64,000 bases of DNA, taken from positions 3,162,001 through 3,226,000 of the forward strand of contig NW_027252668.1 of assembly GCF_044704955.1 (NCBI RefSeq). The letters are read 5' to 3'. The translations under genes and the position numbers were made by a program. Positions within the stretch are counted from its first letter, which is position 1. Each line of letters begins with the position of its first letter. Below the pieces are notes generated by a model. The model made no database searches. It was not told where the DNA came from and saw only the letters and a program-made list of their open reading frames with translations. This stretch comes from Pristiophorus japonicus (lineage: Eukaryota). This document shows, piece by piece, positions 12,372 through 25,387 of this stretch.

Positions 12372-13527
12372 TGGGCGACCAACATCCTCAAGGTTGTGGC
12401 CGATGGCAAGGATTGCAGGGGAATGTCCCTGGCCACGATAAAGAAGGCTCTGGCGGCCAAAAGCGTGGATGTGGAGAAGCGCGGGTCCCAGATCAGATTC
12501 AGTATTAAGAAGAATGTGATGAATGGCTCCCTGAAGCAGATCAAGGGCACGGGCGTGTCGAAATCTCGACCTCCGAAAAGAATGACTCCGACACTTACAG
12601 CTCCGGTAGAAGTTTCCTTTTTAATTTACTTGCTCGCAAGGGGTAGGTTTCACTCAGTCAAGGGCTAAATGAACACCTCCGAAATGGTTCAGTTTAACAA
12701 GATATTTATACAGTAAAACCAAAGTTCTGGCCTCTCCCTGTGTATTGCTCTGTCTCACAGTCAGTGAATACAGATAAAGAGTTAATTACTATATCCTGGT
12801 CCTGACATGGTGTCCCGATATTTCCTTTTGTCAGGGTTATCAGAAAGCCAAACGGCCATTACTCCATGAGTCATAGGTAATGGGCTATCACCTGTCTTGT
12901 ATTGTGTCAGGATTGTTTCAATTTCCTGGTCAGTTTATCTGTTTGCATCAAATGGATGAGGTCTCGGAAAGAGATAATGGCTAGAAGATAAGGGTGGGGT
13001 GACATGGAACTCCTGTAGTGTAGACAATAGGAGAGCACCATGGGGGGTTACTTGTCTCAGCATGACTTGTCTCCTAGCTGTCTGATGGCCATCAGCCATC
13101 TAACAGCAGGTTTAGCTGTTTATGCAAGCTGACTGCTAAAATGCAGAAAGTTCTGGAAGGGCCAGGACTCCATTTTAATCAAAAGGCACACAAATACCGT
13201 ATGGTATCAGCTTAGATAAAAATACTTTCCACAGGCGCCTCGGGCTTTTTCAAAATCGCTAAGATGGATCCCCAGGAGAAAGTGGGAAAGAAGGTGAAGA
13301 AGCCAGCAGCCAAGAAAGCAGCAGCCAAGAAAGCAGCAGCCAAGAAAACGAGCACCAAGAAGGTGCCAACGGCAAAAAAGACAGCGAAAGGGCCGGCTGG
13401 GAAGAAGGTGGCGGTGAAGAAGCCCAAAAGTCCCAAGAAAGTGAAGGCGGCCAAAAAGGTGGAGAACCCGAGGGTCAAGGCCACGCCCAAATCAGCAAAG
13501 GCCAAGAAAGCAGCACCCAAAAAGTAA
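12372..13527 (+). pseudogene. H1: Histone H1 pseudogene (5' deleted, LTR-interrupted)
   Basis: 12372-12555 and 13234-13527 align to the intact H1 at 55563-56270; promoter, ATG and ~37 codons missing; stem-loop GGCTCTTCTCAGAGCC at 13562-13577. Confidence 0.92.
12556..13233 (-). mobile_element. Solo LTR, 678 bp, 4-bp TSD GGCG
   Basis: TGTCGAAA...TTTCCACA termini (7/8 inverted match); GGCG at 12552-12555 and 13234-13237; minus-strand TATAAA (12710-12705) and ATTAAA (12625-12620). Confidence 0.88.
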
Positions 13528-13743
13528 ATAAAAAGGCAACTTCTAAACATTTAAACCCAAAGGCTCTTCTCAGAGCCACCCACGCCTCTCAGAAAAGAGC
13601 TGATCCCGGAATCAAATAATCCCTGTACCGAGCTCAGATTCCAGATAGAAATCATTGAAAATGACCCGGGGATCCCTCGTGACTCGTTGGCATTGGCTGC
13701 ACCCAACCCCGCCCCACTCAGTGTCTGTACCCGCCCCTCCCCC

Positions 13744-15560
13744 AGAAAAAGGTTAGTAAAGACAAACGTAGGTCCGCTGCAGTCAGAATCAGGGGAAGTC
13801 ATAACGGGGAACAAAGAAATGGCAGACCAATTGAACAAGTACTTTGGTTCGGTATTCACTAAGGAGGACACAAACAACCTTCCGGATATGAAAGGGGTCA
13901 GAGGGTCCAGTAAGGAGGATGAACTGAGGGAAATCTTTATTAGTCGGGAAATTGTGTTGGGGAAATTGATGGGATTGAAGGCCGATAAATCCCCAGGGCC
14001 TGATGGACTGCATCCCAGAGTACTTAAGGAGGTGGCCTTGGAAATAGCGGATGCATTGACAGTCATTTTCCAACATTCCATTAATTCTGGATCAGTTCCT
14101 ATCGAGTGGAGGGTAGCCAATGTAACCCCACTTTTTAAAAAAAGGAGGGAGAGAGAAAGCAGGGAATTATAGACCGGTCAGCCTGACCTCAGTAGTGGGT
14201 AAAATAATGGAATCAATTATTAAGGATGTCATAGCAGCGCATTTGGAAAATGGTGACATGATTGGTCCAAGTCAGCATGGATTTGTGAAAGGGAAATCAT
14301 GCTTGACAAATCTTCTGGAATTTTTTGAGGATTTTTCCAGTAAAGTGGACAAAGGAGAACCAGTTGATGTGGTATATTTGGACTTTCCAGAAGGCTTTCG
14401 ACAAGGTCCCACACAAGAGATTAATGTGCAAAGTTAAAGCACATGGGATTGGGGGTAGTGTGCTGACGTGGATTGAGAACTGGTTGTCAGACAGGAAGCA
14501 AAGAGTAGGAGTAAATGAGTACTTTTCAGAATGGCAGGCAGTGACTAGTGGGGTACCGCAAAGTTCTGTGCTGGGGCCCCAACTGTTTACATTGTACATT
14601 AATGATTTAGACAAGGGGATTAAATGTAGTATCTCCAAATTTGCGGATGACACTAAGTTAGGTGGCAGTGTGAGCTGGGAGGAGGATGCTATGAGGCTGC
14701 AGAGTAACTTGGATAGGTTCGTGAGTGGGCAAATGAATGGCAGATGAAGTATAATGTGAGGTTATCCACTTTGGTGGTAAAAACAGAGAGACAGACTATT
14801 ATCTGAATGGTGACAGATTAGGAAAAGGGAAGGTGCAACGAGACCTGGGTGTCATGGTACATCAGTCATTGAAGGTTGGCATGCAGGTGCAGCAGGCGGT
14901 TAAGAAAGAAAATGGCATGTTGGCCTTCATAGCGAGAGGATTTGAGTACAGGGGCAGGGAGGTATTGCTACAGTTGTACAGGGCCTTGGTGAGGCCACAC
15001 CTGGAGTATTGTGTACAGTTTTGGTCTCCTAACTTGAGGAAGGACATTCTTGCTATTGAGGGAGTGCAGCGAAGGTTCACCAGACTGATTCCCGGGATGG
15101 CGGGACTGACATATCAAGAAAGACTGGATCAACTGGGCTTGTATTCACTGGAGTTCAGAAGAATGAGAGGGGATCTCATAGAAACGTTTAAAATTCTGAC
15201 GGGTTTAGACAGGTTAGATGCAGGAAGAATGTTCCCAATGTTGGGGAAGTCCAGAACCAGGGGTCACAGTCCAAGGATAAGGGGTAATCCATTTAGGACT
15301 GAGATGAGGAGAAACTTCTTCACCCAGAGAGTGGTGAACCTGTGGAATTCTCTACCACAGAAAGTTGTTGAGGCCAATTCACTAAATAGATTCAAAAAGG
15401 AGTTAGAGATAGTCCTTACTACTCGGGGGATCAAGGGGTATGGCGAGAAAGCAGGAATGGGGTACTGAGATTGCATGTTCAGCCATGAACTCATTGAATG
15501 GCGGTGCAGACTCTAAGGGCTGAATGGCCTACTCCTGCACCTATTTTCTGTGTTTCTGTA
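13744..15560 (+). mobile_element. CR1 LINE, young subfamily, frameshifted
   Basis: RT in ORFs 13687-14172, 14195-14437, 14325-14747 and 14833-15468; tail at ~15470-15560. Confidence 0.95.
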
Positions 15561-15675
15561 TATCTGTCTCTGGTGTGTGAGGGTGGGATCTTCCTTGAAT
15601 ATAATTGGTCTCTGGTGTGAGAGGGTGGGATTTTCCCTGTGTTTTTCGGTCTTTGGTGTGTGAGGGTGGGATTTT

Positions 15676-17221
15676 CATAGAAACATAGAAAATAGGTGCA
15701 GGAGTAGGCCATTCGGCCCTTCTAGCCTGCAACGCCATTCAATGAGTTCATGGCTGAACAATCAACTTCAGTACCCCATTCCTGCTTTCTCGCCATACCC
15801 CTTGATCCCCCTAGTAGTAAGGACCTCATCTAACTCCTTTTTGAATATATTTAGTGAATTGGCCTCAACAACTTTCTGTGGTAGAGAATTCCACAGGTTC
15901 ACCACTCTCTGGGTGAAGAAGTTCCTCCGCATCTCGGTCCTAAATGGCTTACCCCTTATCCTTAGACTGTGACCTCTGGTTCTGGACTTCCCCAACATTG
16001 GGAACATTCTTCCTGCATCTAACCTGTCTAACCCCGTCAGAATTTTAAATGTTTCTATGAGGTCCCCTCTCATTCTTCTGAACTCCAGTGAATACAAGCC
16101 CAGTTGATCCAGTCTTTCTTGATAGGTCAGTCCCGCCATCCCGGGAATCAGTCTGGTGAACCTTCGCTGCACTCCCTCAATACCAAGAATGTCCTTCCTC
16201 AGGTTAGGAGACCAAAACTGTACACAATACTCCAGGTGTGGCCTCACCAATGCCCTGTACAACTGTAGCAACACCTCCCTGCCCCTGTACTCAAATCCCC
16301 TTGCTATGAAGGCCAACATGCCATTTGCTTTCTTAACCGCCTGCTGCACCTGCATGCCAACCTTCAATGACTGATGTACCATGACACCCAGGTCTCTTTG
16401 CACCTCCCCTTTTCCTAATCTGTCACCATTCAGATAATAGTCTGTCTCTCTGTTTTTACCACCAAAGTGGATAACCTCACATTTATCCACATTATACTTA
16501 ATCTGCCATGCATTTGCCCACTCACCTAACCTATCCAAGTCGCTCTGCAGCCTCACAGCATCCTCCTCGCAGCTCACACTGCCACCCAACTTAGTGTCAT
16601 CCGCAAATTTGGAGATACTACATTTAATCCCCTCATCTAAATCATTAATGTACAGTGTAAACAGCTGGGGCCCCAGCACAGAACCTTGCGGTACCCCACT
16701 AGTCACTGCCTGCCTTTCTGAAAAGTACCCATTTACTCCTACTCTTCGCTTCCTGTCTGACAACCAGTTCTCAATCCATGTCAGTACACTACCCCCAATC
16801 CCATGTGCTCTAACTTTGCACATCAATCTCTTGTGTGGGACCTTGTCGAACGCCTTCTGAAAGTCCAAATATACCACATCAACTGGTTCTCCCTTATCCA
16901 CTCTACTGGAAACATCCTCAAAAAATTCCAGAAGATTTGTCAAGCATGATTTCCCTTTCACAAATCCATGCTGACTTGGACCTATCATGTCACCTCTTTC
17001 CAAATGCACTGCTATCACATCCTTAATAATTGATTCCATCATTTTACCCACTACCGATGTCAGGCTGACCGGTCTATAATTCCCTGTTTTCTCTCTCCCT
17101 CCTTTTTTAAAAAGTGGGGTTACATTGGCTACCCTCCACTCCATAGGAACTGATCCAGAGTCAATGGAATGTTGGAAAATGACTGTCAACGCATCCACTA
17201 TTTCCAAGACCACCTCCTTAA
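15676..17221 (-). mobile_element. CR1 LINE, young subfamily, uninterrupted RT/C-terminal ORF
   Basis: 481-aa ORF 15768-17213; tail at 15676. Confidence 0.95.
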
Positions 17222-17500
17222 GTGTGTGAGGGTGGGATTTTCCCTGTATATATCTGTCTCTGGTGTGTGAGGGTGGGATTTTCTCTGTATATATCTGTCT
17301 CCTGTATGTTAGGGTGGGATTTTCCCTGTATATAATCGGTCTCTGCTATGTGAGGGTGGGATTTTCCCTGTCTATATCTGTCTCAGGTATGTGAGGGTGG
17401 GAATTTCCCTGTCTATATATGTCTCTGGTGTGTGAGGGTGGGATTTTCTCTGTGTATACCTGTCTCTGGTATGTGAGGGTGGGTCTTCCTCTGTACCTGA
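17222..17500. repeat. 41-bp tandem variant (also 15560-15675)
   Basis: gtgtgagggtgggattttccctgtatatatctgtctctggt repeated ~7 times. Confidence 0.88.
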
Positions 17501-17857
17501 CAGTTTCTGCTTAATTGAGAATTGATGCCGCCTATCTCATACCGTTAAATTCAACACCTTTCTTGTCTGTCACTGCTGCTGTAACTACATTCGTTGTTTT
17601 ACTATTACCTTCACTTGGAGTATCCTTGGCACTGTTTGGGACCCGAACTCTGCTCTTCACCCATTTTTTGGACATTTAACTACCATTTTTACTGTAGTTT
17701 TTCACTGAGTACTCATTTATTAGTTTGAAGTCCCTTTTAGTTTAATTTTGTTAATTTTAATTTACAAATGGGATTGACAATTGTCTTGTTGTAAAATCCT
17801 GCTGCAAGATCCCATAATTCAGTTCTGACCTGCGACGGATATTAAAAGTACCTCGGT

Positions 17858-17929
17858 TGAGATGGCCAAGAATCGAACCTGGGTCAACTGCTTGAAAGGC
17901 AGCTATGCTCAGCACTATACCACCATCGC
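17858..17929 (-). tRNA. tRNA-Gly(TCC)-derived gene with TTC (Glu) anticodon, probable pseudogene
   Basis: GCGATGGTGGTATAGTGCTGAGCATAGCTGCCTTTCAAGCAGTTGACCCAGGTTCGATTCTTGGCCATCTCA; 72 nt with a vertebrate Gly-TCC body, B box GGTTCGATTC, TTTT 11 nt downstream. Confidence 0.85.
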
Positions 17930-18342
17930 CCACATATCAGTCATTTTGTATTTGCAGACAAACTGCTTCTTACAGGTCTTCAGCGGGACAAATAAATTGC
18001 TGTGCAATCATTTTAATCAGAATGTAAGCACGGTGCTGGGACACCTTCCCTCCAATTACAAATGGTCACTGTCAATAGTAATCTTGCTTGGACCGAGCCC
18101 TCACCCCATTTATTAGTTTAAAGTCTGGACTGAGTCCTCACCCCAGTTACTTTTTCTTCAGTCCCCTCTAGATTAAACAATAGTTATCACCAAAAATAAA
18201 TGAAACCTCAATTTTATGTGATAAATAAATGGATGATGAATGTGCTTTGTAAATGTTAGAGAAATGGCATTTGCTGGAAGGCACTCGTGTTCGGTTCTAA
18301 ACTGCGACATGGTGACATAAACTGTATTAAATGGAACCTGTT

Positions 18343-18414
18343 TGTGCTGGCCGAGAATGAAACCTGAGTCAACCCCTGGGAAGGCAGCTATGCTCAGCAC
18401 TATAGCACCATCAC
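18343..18414 (-). pseudogene. tRNA-Gly(TCC) pseudogene
   Basis: 72-nt Gly-TCC-like sequence with broken anticodon stem and T-loop (GGTTTCATT). Confidence 0.82.
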
Positions 18415-18647
18415 ACTAAGTTTAACATGTAAACCTCTGTATTGACAGACACTCACCATGGGTCTTTGGAGCTTTAGTCAGGACTAACTGCAATCATTGT
18501 AATCTGAATGTAAACAAGGTGTTCAGGTTATTTGTCTCCAGCTTAAAACAGTTACTGATGGATGGTCATCTTGTTGCACTACTGGCTGGCAGCCAGGAGA
18601 TGGCACCAGCCTCCAATAGTTTGGCTGTTGTGGATTGTGTCCACACC

Positions 18648-18786
18648 CAGACCGCTGTGAGTCTGGTGCTGCCCGGGGAGCTGGCCAAGCACGCCGTGTC
18701 GGAATGGGACAAAGGCGGTGACCATTGCAAATAAATTCACAACACAGGAAAAAGCATTAAAAAAGGGAACGGCTCTTTTAAGAGGA
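18648..18786 (+). pseudogene. H2B: Histone H2B 3' remnant with decayed stem-loop
   Basis: [19 protein letters not shown], then a 1-nt frameshift into GTKAVT; GGCTCTTTTAAGAGGA at 18771-18786. Confidence 0.85.
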
Positions 18787-18859
18787 AACCACAGTGTTAA
18801 TTTTGTTGATTTATTCATTCTGCTATCGCCTTTTATAAAATAATGGTACAACACAGAGT

Positions 18860-19540
18860 ATGTGAGTTTCACTCTGTATCTATCTGTCTCTGGTATGTGA
18901 GTGAGTTTCACTCTGCACCAGTTCTGGTGTGTGAGTGCGCATTTTATTATGTACCAGCTGATTTCAGCTAAGTGGGTGTGTGGCTTACACTGTATGTATC
19001 AGTTTCTGTTTGAGAATGTGGGACTTAATCTACCTGTCAGTTTCTGATATGCGAATCTGTGTTTTACTCTAACTGTCAGGTTGTGAAAAGTGAGAGTGGG
19101 TTTTACGCTGTAACTGTCAGTTTCTAGTTTGTGAATGTGGGTTCCACTCTGTACCTGTCAGTTTCTGATGTGTGAGTGAGTTTTACTCTGTACCATTCAT
19201 TTACCACTACATGAGTGTGGGTTTTCCTTTCTACCTGTCAATTTCTGCTGTGGAAGAGAGGGGTTTACGTGAATGTGGGTTTTAGTCTTTATCCATCAGT
19301 CCCTGCTTTGTGTGTGTGATTTTTTTTTTCAGTATCTTCTCTTTCTGGTCTGTGAATGTGGGTTTTATTATGTACCTGTCAGTGTCTGAAATGAGAACGT
19401 GGGTTTTGCTCTGTCCCTGTCTGTCTCTGGAATTACATTTGTGGGTTTTATTCTGTAACTCTCATTTTCTGGTACGCGAGTGTGGGTATTCCTCTGTATC
19501 TGCCAGTTTCTGGTATGAGTGGAGGTTTTACTTTATATGA
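18860..19540. repeat. Degenerate ~41-bp tandem array
   Basis: Same unit family as 4465-7630. Confidence 0.75.
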
Positions 19541-21412
19541 ATAGAAAACCAGAATATTGTTTAAAACCTGAGAGATTAGTAAATGTTGCAATTCAGGGGG
19601 ACTTGAGTGCCATTGTACGCGAAACATTGAAAGTTAACATGTAGGTACAGCAAGCACTTCGGAAGGTGAAAGGTGTAGTTCTATACACTTGGAGATGAGA
19701 AGAATGAGAGGTGATCTTATTGAAACATATAAGACCCTGAGGGGGATTGACAGGGTAAATGCTGAGAGGCTGCTTCCACTGGATGGACAGTCCAGAACTA
19801 GGAGTGTTAGACTCACAATAAGGGCTCAGCCATTTAGATCTGAGATGAGGAGAAATGTCTTCACTGAGAGGGTTGTGAATCTTTGGAATGCTCTATCCCA
19901 GAGGGATGTGGATGCTCAGGTGATGAGTGTATTCAAGACTGAGATTGACATTTTGTTTGATACTAAGGGAACCAAGGGATATGGGGATAGTGCGGGCAAC
20001 GGGAGTTGAGGTAGAAGATCAGCCATGATCTAATTCAATGGCGGAGCAGGCTCGAGGGGCAAATCATAGAATCATAGAAATTTACAGCATGGAAGGAGGC
20101 CATTTTGGCCCATTGCGTCCGCGCCGGCTGACCAAGAGCTATCCTGCATAATCCCATTTTCCAGCTCTTGGTCCCTAGTCCTGAAGGTTACGGCACTTTA
20201 AGTGCATATCCAAGTATTAAATGTCGTGAGGGTTTCTGCCTCTACCACCCTTTCGGGCAGTGTGTTCCAGACCCCCACTACTCGCTGGGTGAAGTCATTT
20301 CCCCTCGTATCTCCTCTAAACCTCCCCCCAATTACATTAAATCTATATCCCCTGGCTGTTGACCCATCTGCCAAGGGAAACAAGTCCTTCCTTTCCACTC
20401 TATCCAGAACCCTCATAATTTTATACACCTCAATCAGGTCTCTCCTCAGCCTCCTCTCTCCAATCTTTCCTCATTGCCAATATTCTCCAGTCCAGGCAAC
20501 ATTCTTGTAAATCTCCTCTGCACCCTTTCCAGTGCCATCACACCTTAATGTAATGTGGTGACCAGAACTACACACAGTACTCCAGCTGCGGCCTAACCAG
20601 TGTTTTATACAGTTCAAGCACAACCTCCTTGGCTCTTGTATTCTATGCCTAGACTAATAAAGGCAAGTATTCCATATGCCTTCTTAACCAACTTATCTAC
20701 CTGGCCTGCTACCTTCAGGGATCCGTGGACATGTATTCCAAGGTCCCTTTGTTCCTCTACACTTTTCAGTGGCGTACCATTTAATGTGTATTCCCTTTCC
20801 TTGTTAGCCCTCCCCAAATGCATGACCTCACACCCCTCTGGATTGAATCCATTTGGCACTGTTCCACCCACCTGACCAGTACATTGATATCTTCCTGCAA
20901 TCCACAGCTTTCTTCTTCATTATCAACCACACAGCCTATTTTACTGTCAGCTGTAAACTTCTTAATCATACCCACAACATTCCAGTCCAAGTCATTGATA
21001 TATACCACAAAAAGCAAGGAACCCAGCACTGAGCCCCTCGGAACCCCACTGGATACATCCTTCCAGTCACAAAAACACCTATCAACCATTACCCTTCGCT
21101 TTCTGCCTCTGAGCCAATTTGGGATCCAACTTGCCACTTTGTCCTGGATCCCATCGGCTTTTACTTTTGTGACCAGTTGGCCATGTTGGACCTTATCAAA
21201 TGCTTTGCTAAAATCCATATACACTACATCACATGCACTGCCCTCATCGATCCTCCTGGTTACCTTTTCGAAAAATTCAATCAAGTTAGTCAGACATGAC
21301 CTTCCCTTAACAAATCCATGCTGACTGTCCTTGATTAATCCCTGTCTTTCCAAATGAAGCTTTATCCTGACCCTCAAATGGCCAACTCCTGCTCCAATTG
21401 CTTATGTTCTTA
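19540..21412 (+). mobile_element. Old CR1 3' fragment split by a nested antisense CR1
   Basis: ORF 19689-20009; tail breaks at ggggcaaat (~20064) and resumes at aaatggccaactcctgctcc (~21376-21412). Confidence 0.8.
20065..21375 (-). mobile_element. CR1 of a different subfamily (tail atcataga repeats)
   Basis: ORFs 20781-21377, 20614-20871 and 20198-20428 with RT motifs; CAAAT on both sides. Confidence 0.88.
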
Positions 21413-21414
21413 TA

Positions 21415-22290
21415 TGAGTGTGAGTTCATTCTGTACCTATCTATCTCTGGTATGTGAGTGGGTGTTCACACTGTATCTATCTGTCTCTGGTATGTGAGTG
21501 TGAGTTTCACTCTGTATCTATCTGTCTCTGGTATGTGAGTGTGAGTTCATTCTCTACCTATCTGTCTCTGGTATGTGAGTGTGAGTTCACACTGTATCTA
21601 TCTGTCTCTGGTATGTGAGTGTGAGTTCATTCTGTACCTATCTGTCTCTGGTATGTGAGTGTGAGTTCATTCTGTATCTATCTGTCTCTGGTACGTGAGT
21701 GTGAGTTCATTCTGTACCTATCTGTCCCTGGTATGTGAGTGTGAGTTCACTCTGTACCTATCTGTCTCTGGTATTGAGTGTGAGTTCATTCTGCACCTAT
21801 CTGTCTCTGGTATGTGAGTGGGAGTTCACACTGTATCTATCTGTCTCTGGTATGTGAGTGTGAGTTCACTCTGTATCTATCTGTCTCTGGTTTGTGAGTG
21901 TGAGTTCACTCTGTATCTATCTGTCTCTGATATGTGAGTGTGAGTTCATTCTGTACCTATCTGTCTCTGGTATGTGAGTGTGAGTTCACTCTGTATCTAT
22001 CTGTCTCTGGTATGTGAGTGTGAGTTCATTCTGTACCTATCTGTCTCTGGTGTGAGTGGGAGTTTCATTATGTATCTATCTGTCTCTGATATGTGAGTGT
22101 GAGTTCATTCTGTATCTATCTGTCTCCGGTATGTGAGTGTGAGTTTCACTCTATCTATCTGTCTCTGGTATGTAAGTGTGAGTTCACTCTGTATCGATCT
22201 GTCTCTGGTCTGTGAGTGTGAGTTCATTCTGTATCTATCTGTCTCTGGTATGAGAGTGTGAGTTCACACTGTATCTGTCTGTCTCTGGTA
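21415..22290. repeat. Homogeneous 40-bp tandem array, ~22 copies
   Basis: gtatgtgagtgtgagttcattctgtacctatctgtctctg with a 40-nt period. Confidence 0.95.
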
Positions 22291-23770
22291 TGTGCGTATA
22301 TGCTTTTCTCTGTATCTGTTATGGGAGTCTGGGTTTTATTCTTTCCTTGTTATGTTCTGATATGTTAGTGAGTGTCCTACCCTATAACTGCCAGTTTCTG
22401 CTTAATTGGAAGTTGCTTTTCCTTTGTATCTGTCAGTTTCAGGTATGGGCGAGACGTTATAACCCTGTTCCAGTCAATAACTGGAAAGTGAGGATGGTCT
22501 TTACTCTATCTGTCAGTATCTGTTATGTGAGTGTGGGTTTTACTTTGTACATGTCACTTTCTGGTATGTGATTGGGTACTTTATTCTGCACCTGTTGATT
22601 TCAAGTTAGTGGGTTAGTAATTTACACTGTATGTATCTTTCGCTAGAACACGAATGTGGCATTTACTCTGTATCTGTCAGTATCTAAGTGTAGGTTTTAT
22701 TTTACCTGTCAGTTTCTGATATGTAAGATTCAATAGATGAGTGTGGTGCTTAATCTCTGCCAGTCAGTTTCTGATATATGAGGATGTGTTTTATTCTGTA
22801 CTTATCGGTCTATTGTATGTGAATGTGCGTTATGATCTGTACTTGTCAGTTTCTGGTATGTGAGAGTGGGGTTTATTCTGTACCTGTCAGTTTCTTATAT
22901 CTGAGTGTGTGTTTTAATCTGTTCCTGTCAGTTTCTGGTATTTGAGTATTGTTTTAATCTGTACTGGTCAGTTTCTGGCTTATGAGTGGTAGTTTAACTT
23001 GTAACTGTCAGCTTTTATGTATGATACATGAATATGGGCTTTATACTGTATGTGTCTTTCATATGCGAGTCTGTGTATATTTCTGTAACTGTCAGATTTA
23101 GGTATGTGTGTGGGGGTTTAATCAGCACCTATTAGCTCCTGCAATTTGGATGTATGTTTTAGACTGTACCTGTCAGTTCCTGCTATATGAGCGGGGATTG
23201 ACTCTGTATCTGCCCGTCTCTGGTATGTGAACGTGAATATCTGTTTTATGTTCTACCTGAATTTGTCTGATATGTGAGTAAAGGTTTTACCTTTCTGATA
23301 GGTGTGTGTGGGTTTCACTCTGCATCTGCCAGTTTATGAGATGGCAATATGTCTTGCATTGCAGAATCTGACAGTTTCTGAGCTAAAGTATCAGTTTTAC
23401 TTTTTACCTCTGTTTTCTGACATGTGACTCTGGGATTTACACTCTACCTGTCACTCTCTGGTGTGGAGTTTACTCTGTGCATGTCACTTTCATCTATGTG
23501 GGTGTGGGTTGTAGATTGTATCTGTCAGTCTATGGTACAGCAGTGTGGGTTTTATTCTGCACCTGTCATTTTCTGGTATATTCGAGATGGCTTAATACTG
23601 AATCTCTCCTTTCCTGATACGTGATTATTGCTTTTGCTCTGTACCCGTCAGCTTCTGATATGAGAGTATGGTTTTTACTTTCTAACTTATATATTAAGGT
23701 ATGTGATTGTGTGTTTTATTCTCTACCTGCCAGTTTCTGGCAAGTGAGTGCGGGTGTTTAATCTACAGGT
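22291..23770. repeat. Degenerate ~41-bp array, paralogous to 6640-7630
   Basis: Shares specific degenerate units with copy A, e.g. tctgtcagtctatggtacag...gtgggttttattctgcacctgtcat. Confidence 0.75.
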
Positions 23771-24996
23771 CAGTTTGATCTGTTTCAATGGTGAAACAGC
23801 GTCTGATTCTACTGCTCCTTGTAAGATTCACAATGTAACTCTTGTACTGTGGATTACTGTGGGACTGACTGCTTCTGCTGCCTGTGATAATAGGATTGAG
23901 GCCAGTTCTGTGTCTCTGCGCTCTGTGAGTGATAATGTACTTACTGTGTGTGGGAAGGAGCTGCCTGCACTGGTTGACAGTCCGTGTATGCCAGCAGTGT
24001 GGATTGACACTGTGTCAGTGTCTATCTGTTCCTGTGTTTGTGAGTAAGTGAGTGAAAATGGATCTGTCTCTCAGTGCGATATGTTTGGACTTTAAAACAA
24101 CATCTTATTCTACTGCTCCAAGTGACTGTGGGATTCATAATGTAACTCTGGAAATTCAGATCACTGTGGGACTGACAGCTTCTGCTGCCTATGACAATAG
24201 GATTGAGACCAGTTTTATGTCTCTGCGCTCTGTAAGTGATAATATACTTACTGTGAGTGAGAAGGTGCTGACAGCACTGTTCCTTGTGTTCCGGGTGGAG
24301 GAAAGATCACATTTATTCAGGCTCAGTGAAGTACTTCTCTGAGAATAATAATACGAGAACAATATTAGTTATGATATGGACAGGTGAGTGGGAGAATATA
24401 AAAAGTAAAGTTATAATTAACATGTTTGTTTATAATAAAGTAAAGTATCTGGAGAGGGGAAACCACGATACAAACAGCACTGGTCCATGAATAGGACCAC
24501 CCGATTGGAACAGTTCAGGTTTATATCTCCCACTCCCATGGGACTACTTGTAAAATTCTGAATCTCTTCCTGGAATATAACTATAGTACCTGGGCTGTAC
24601 AACAATTGTTTTCAGTCTTTTGAAACTGAGTTGAGGGTCTGTGTAGTTAACAGAATGTCACAGGGCCCAGATCCTGATGTATCTGAGGGAGCGACAGGCT
24701 CTCGATCACCAGCAACACGGTTCTGGACAACTCAATGCACCAAAACAAAATAACCGATGCTTGAAATGTCTTCTCCCACACTCCTCACCTGGTGTCTGCA
24801 ATAAATACACTTTGTGAAATTCCTCACATACTCACCTTCAGGGTGTGTTTCCACTGTTCACTGTCCAAGAACAACAAACACGGTGAGATTGGGACTGAAT
24901 CAGGAACAATCACTACTGATTTGGGGAAAGAAAGCAGCAATGATTTGAAAGAGCGAGGTGATTTACTTTCACTGTTACCCCACACTGTATACACAA

Positions 24997-25387
24997 CTAT
25001 TTTAGTAAAAGAATAAATCAAGTGCCCCCTTATTAAAGGGGCATTAAAACAGACAAATTTAACTTTGGCATTGAATGGATCAAATTAAAATTTGGTTCCT
25101 GGGGGTGATGATGCACTCCAGTCCCTCTGGCGCCCATCTCTCACAGAAGGCCGCGAGCGTACCGGTGAACACCGCATGCTCCATCTCCAGGGAAACCCTG
25201 GCTCGAACATAACCGCGGAAGAGAGGCAGGCAGTCGGGCTAAACACCCCCTCGACCGCCCGTGACCTGGACCGGTTAATGGCCACCTTGGCCATGCCCAG
25301 GAGCAGTCCGATGAGGAGAACTTTCGATCTGCCCGCTCCCCTCCACACAGGGGGCCCAAAGATCAGGAGCGGGGGACTGAAGTGCAA
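24997..25387 (-). mobile_element. Tx1-like non-LTR retrotransposon 3' fragment
   Basis: ORF 25085-25429 has HFSPPLLIFG...LLLGMAKVAINRSR, like Tx1/L1-group ORF2 C-termini (recognised from memory); 3' UTR hairpin tgcccctt..aaggggca. Confidence 0.7.
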
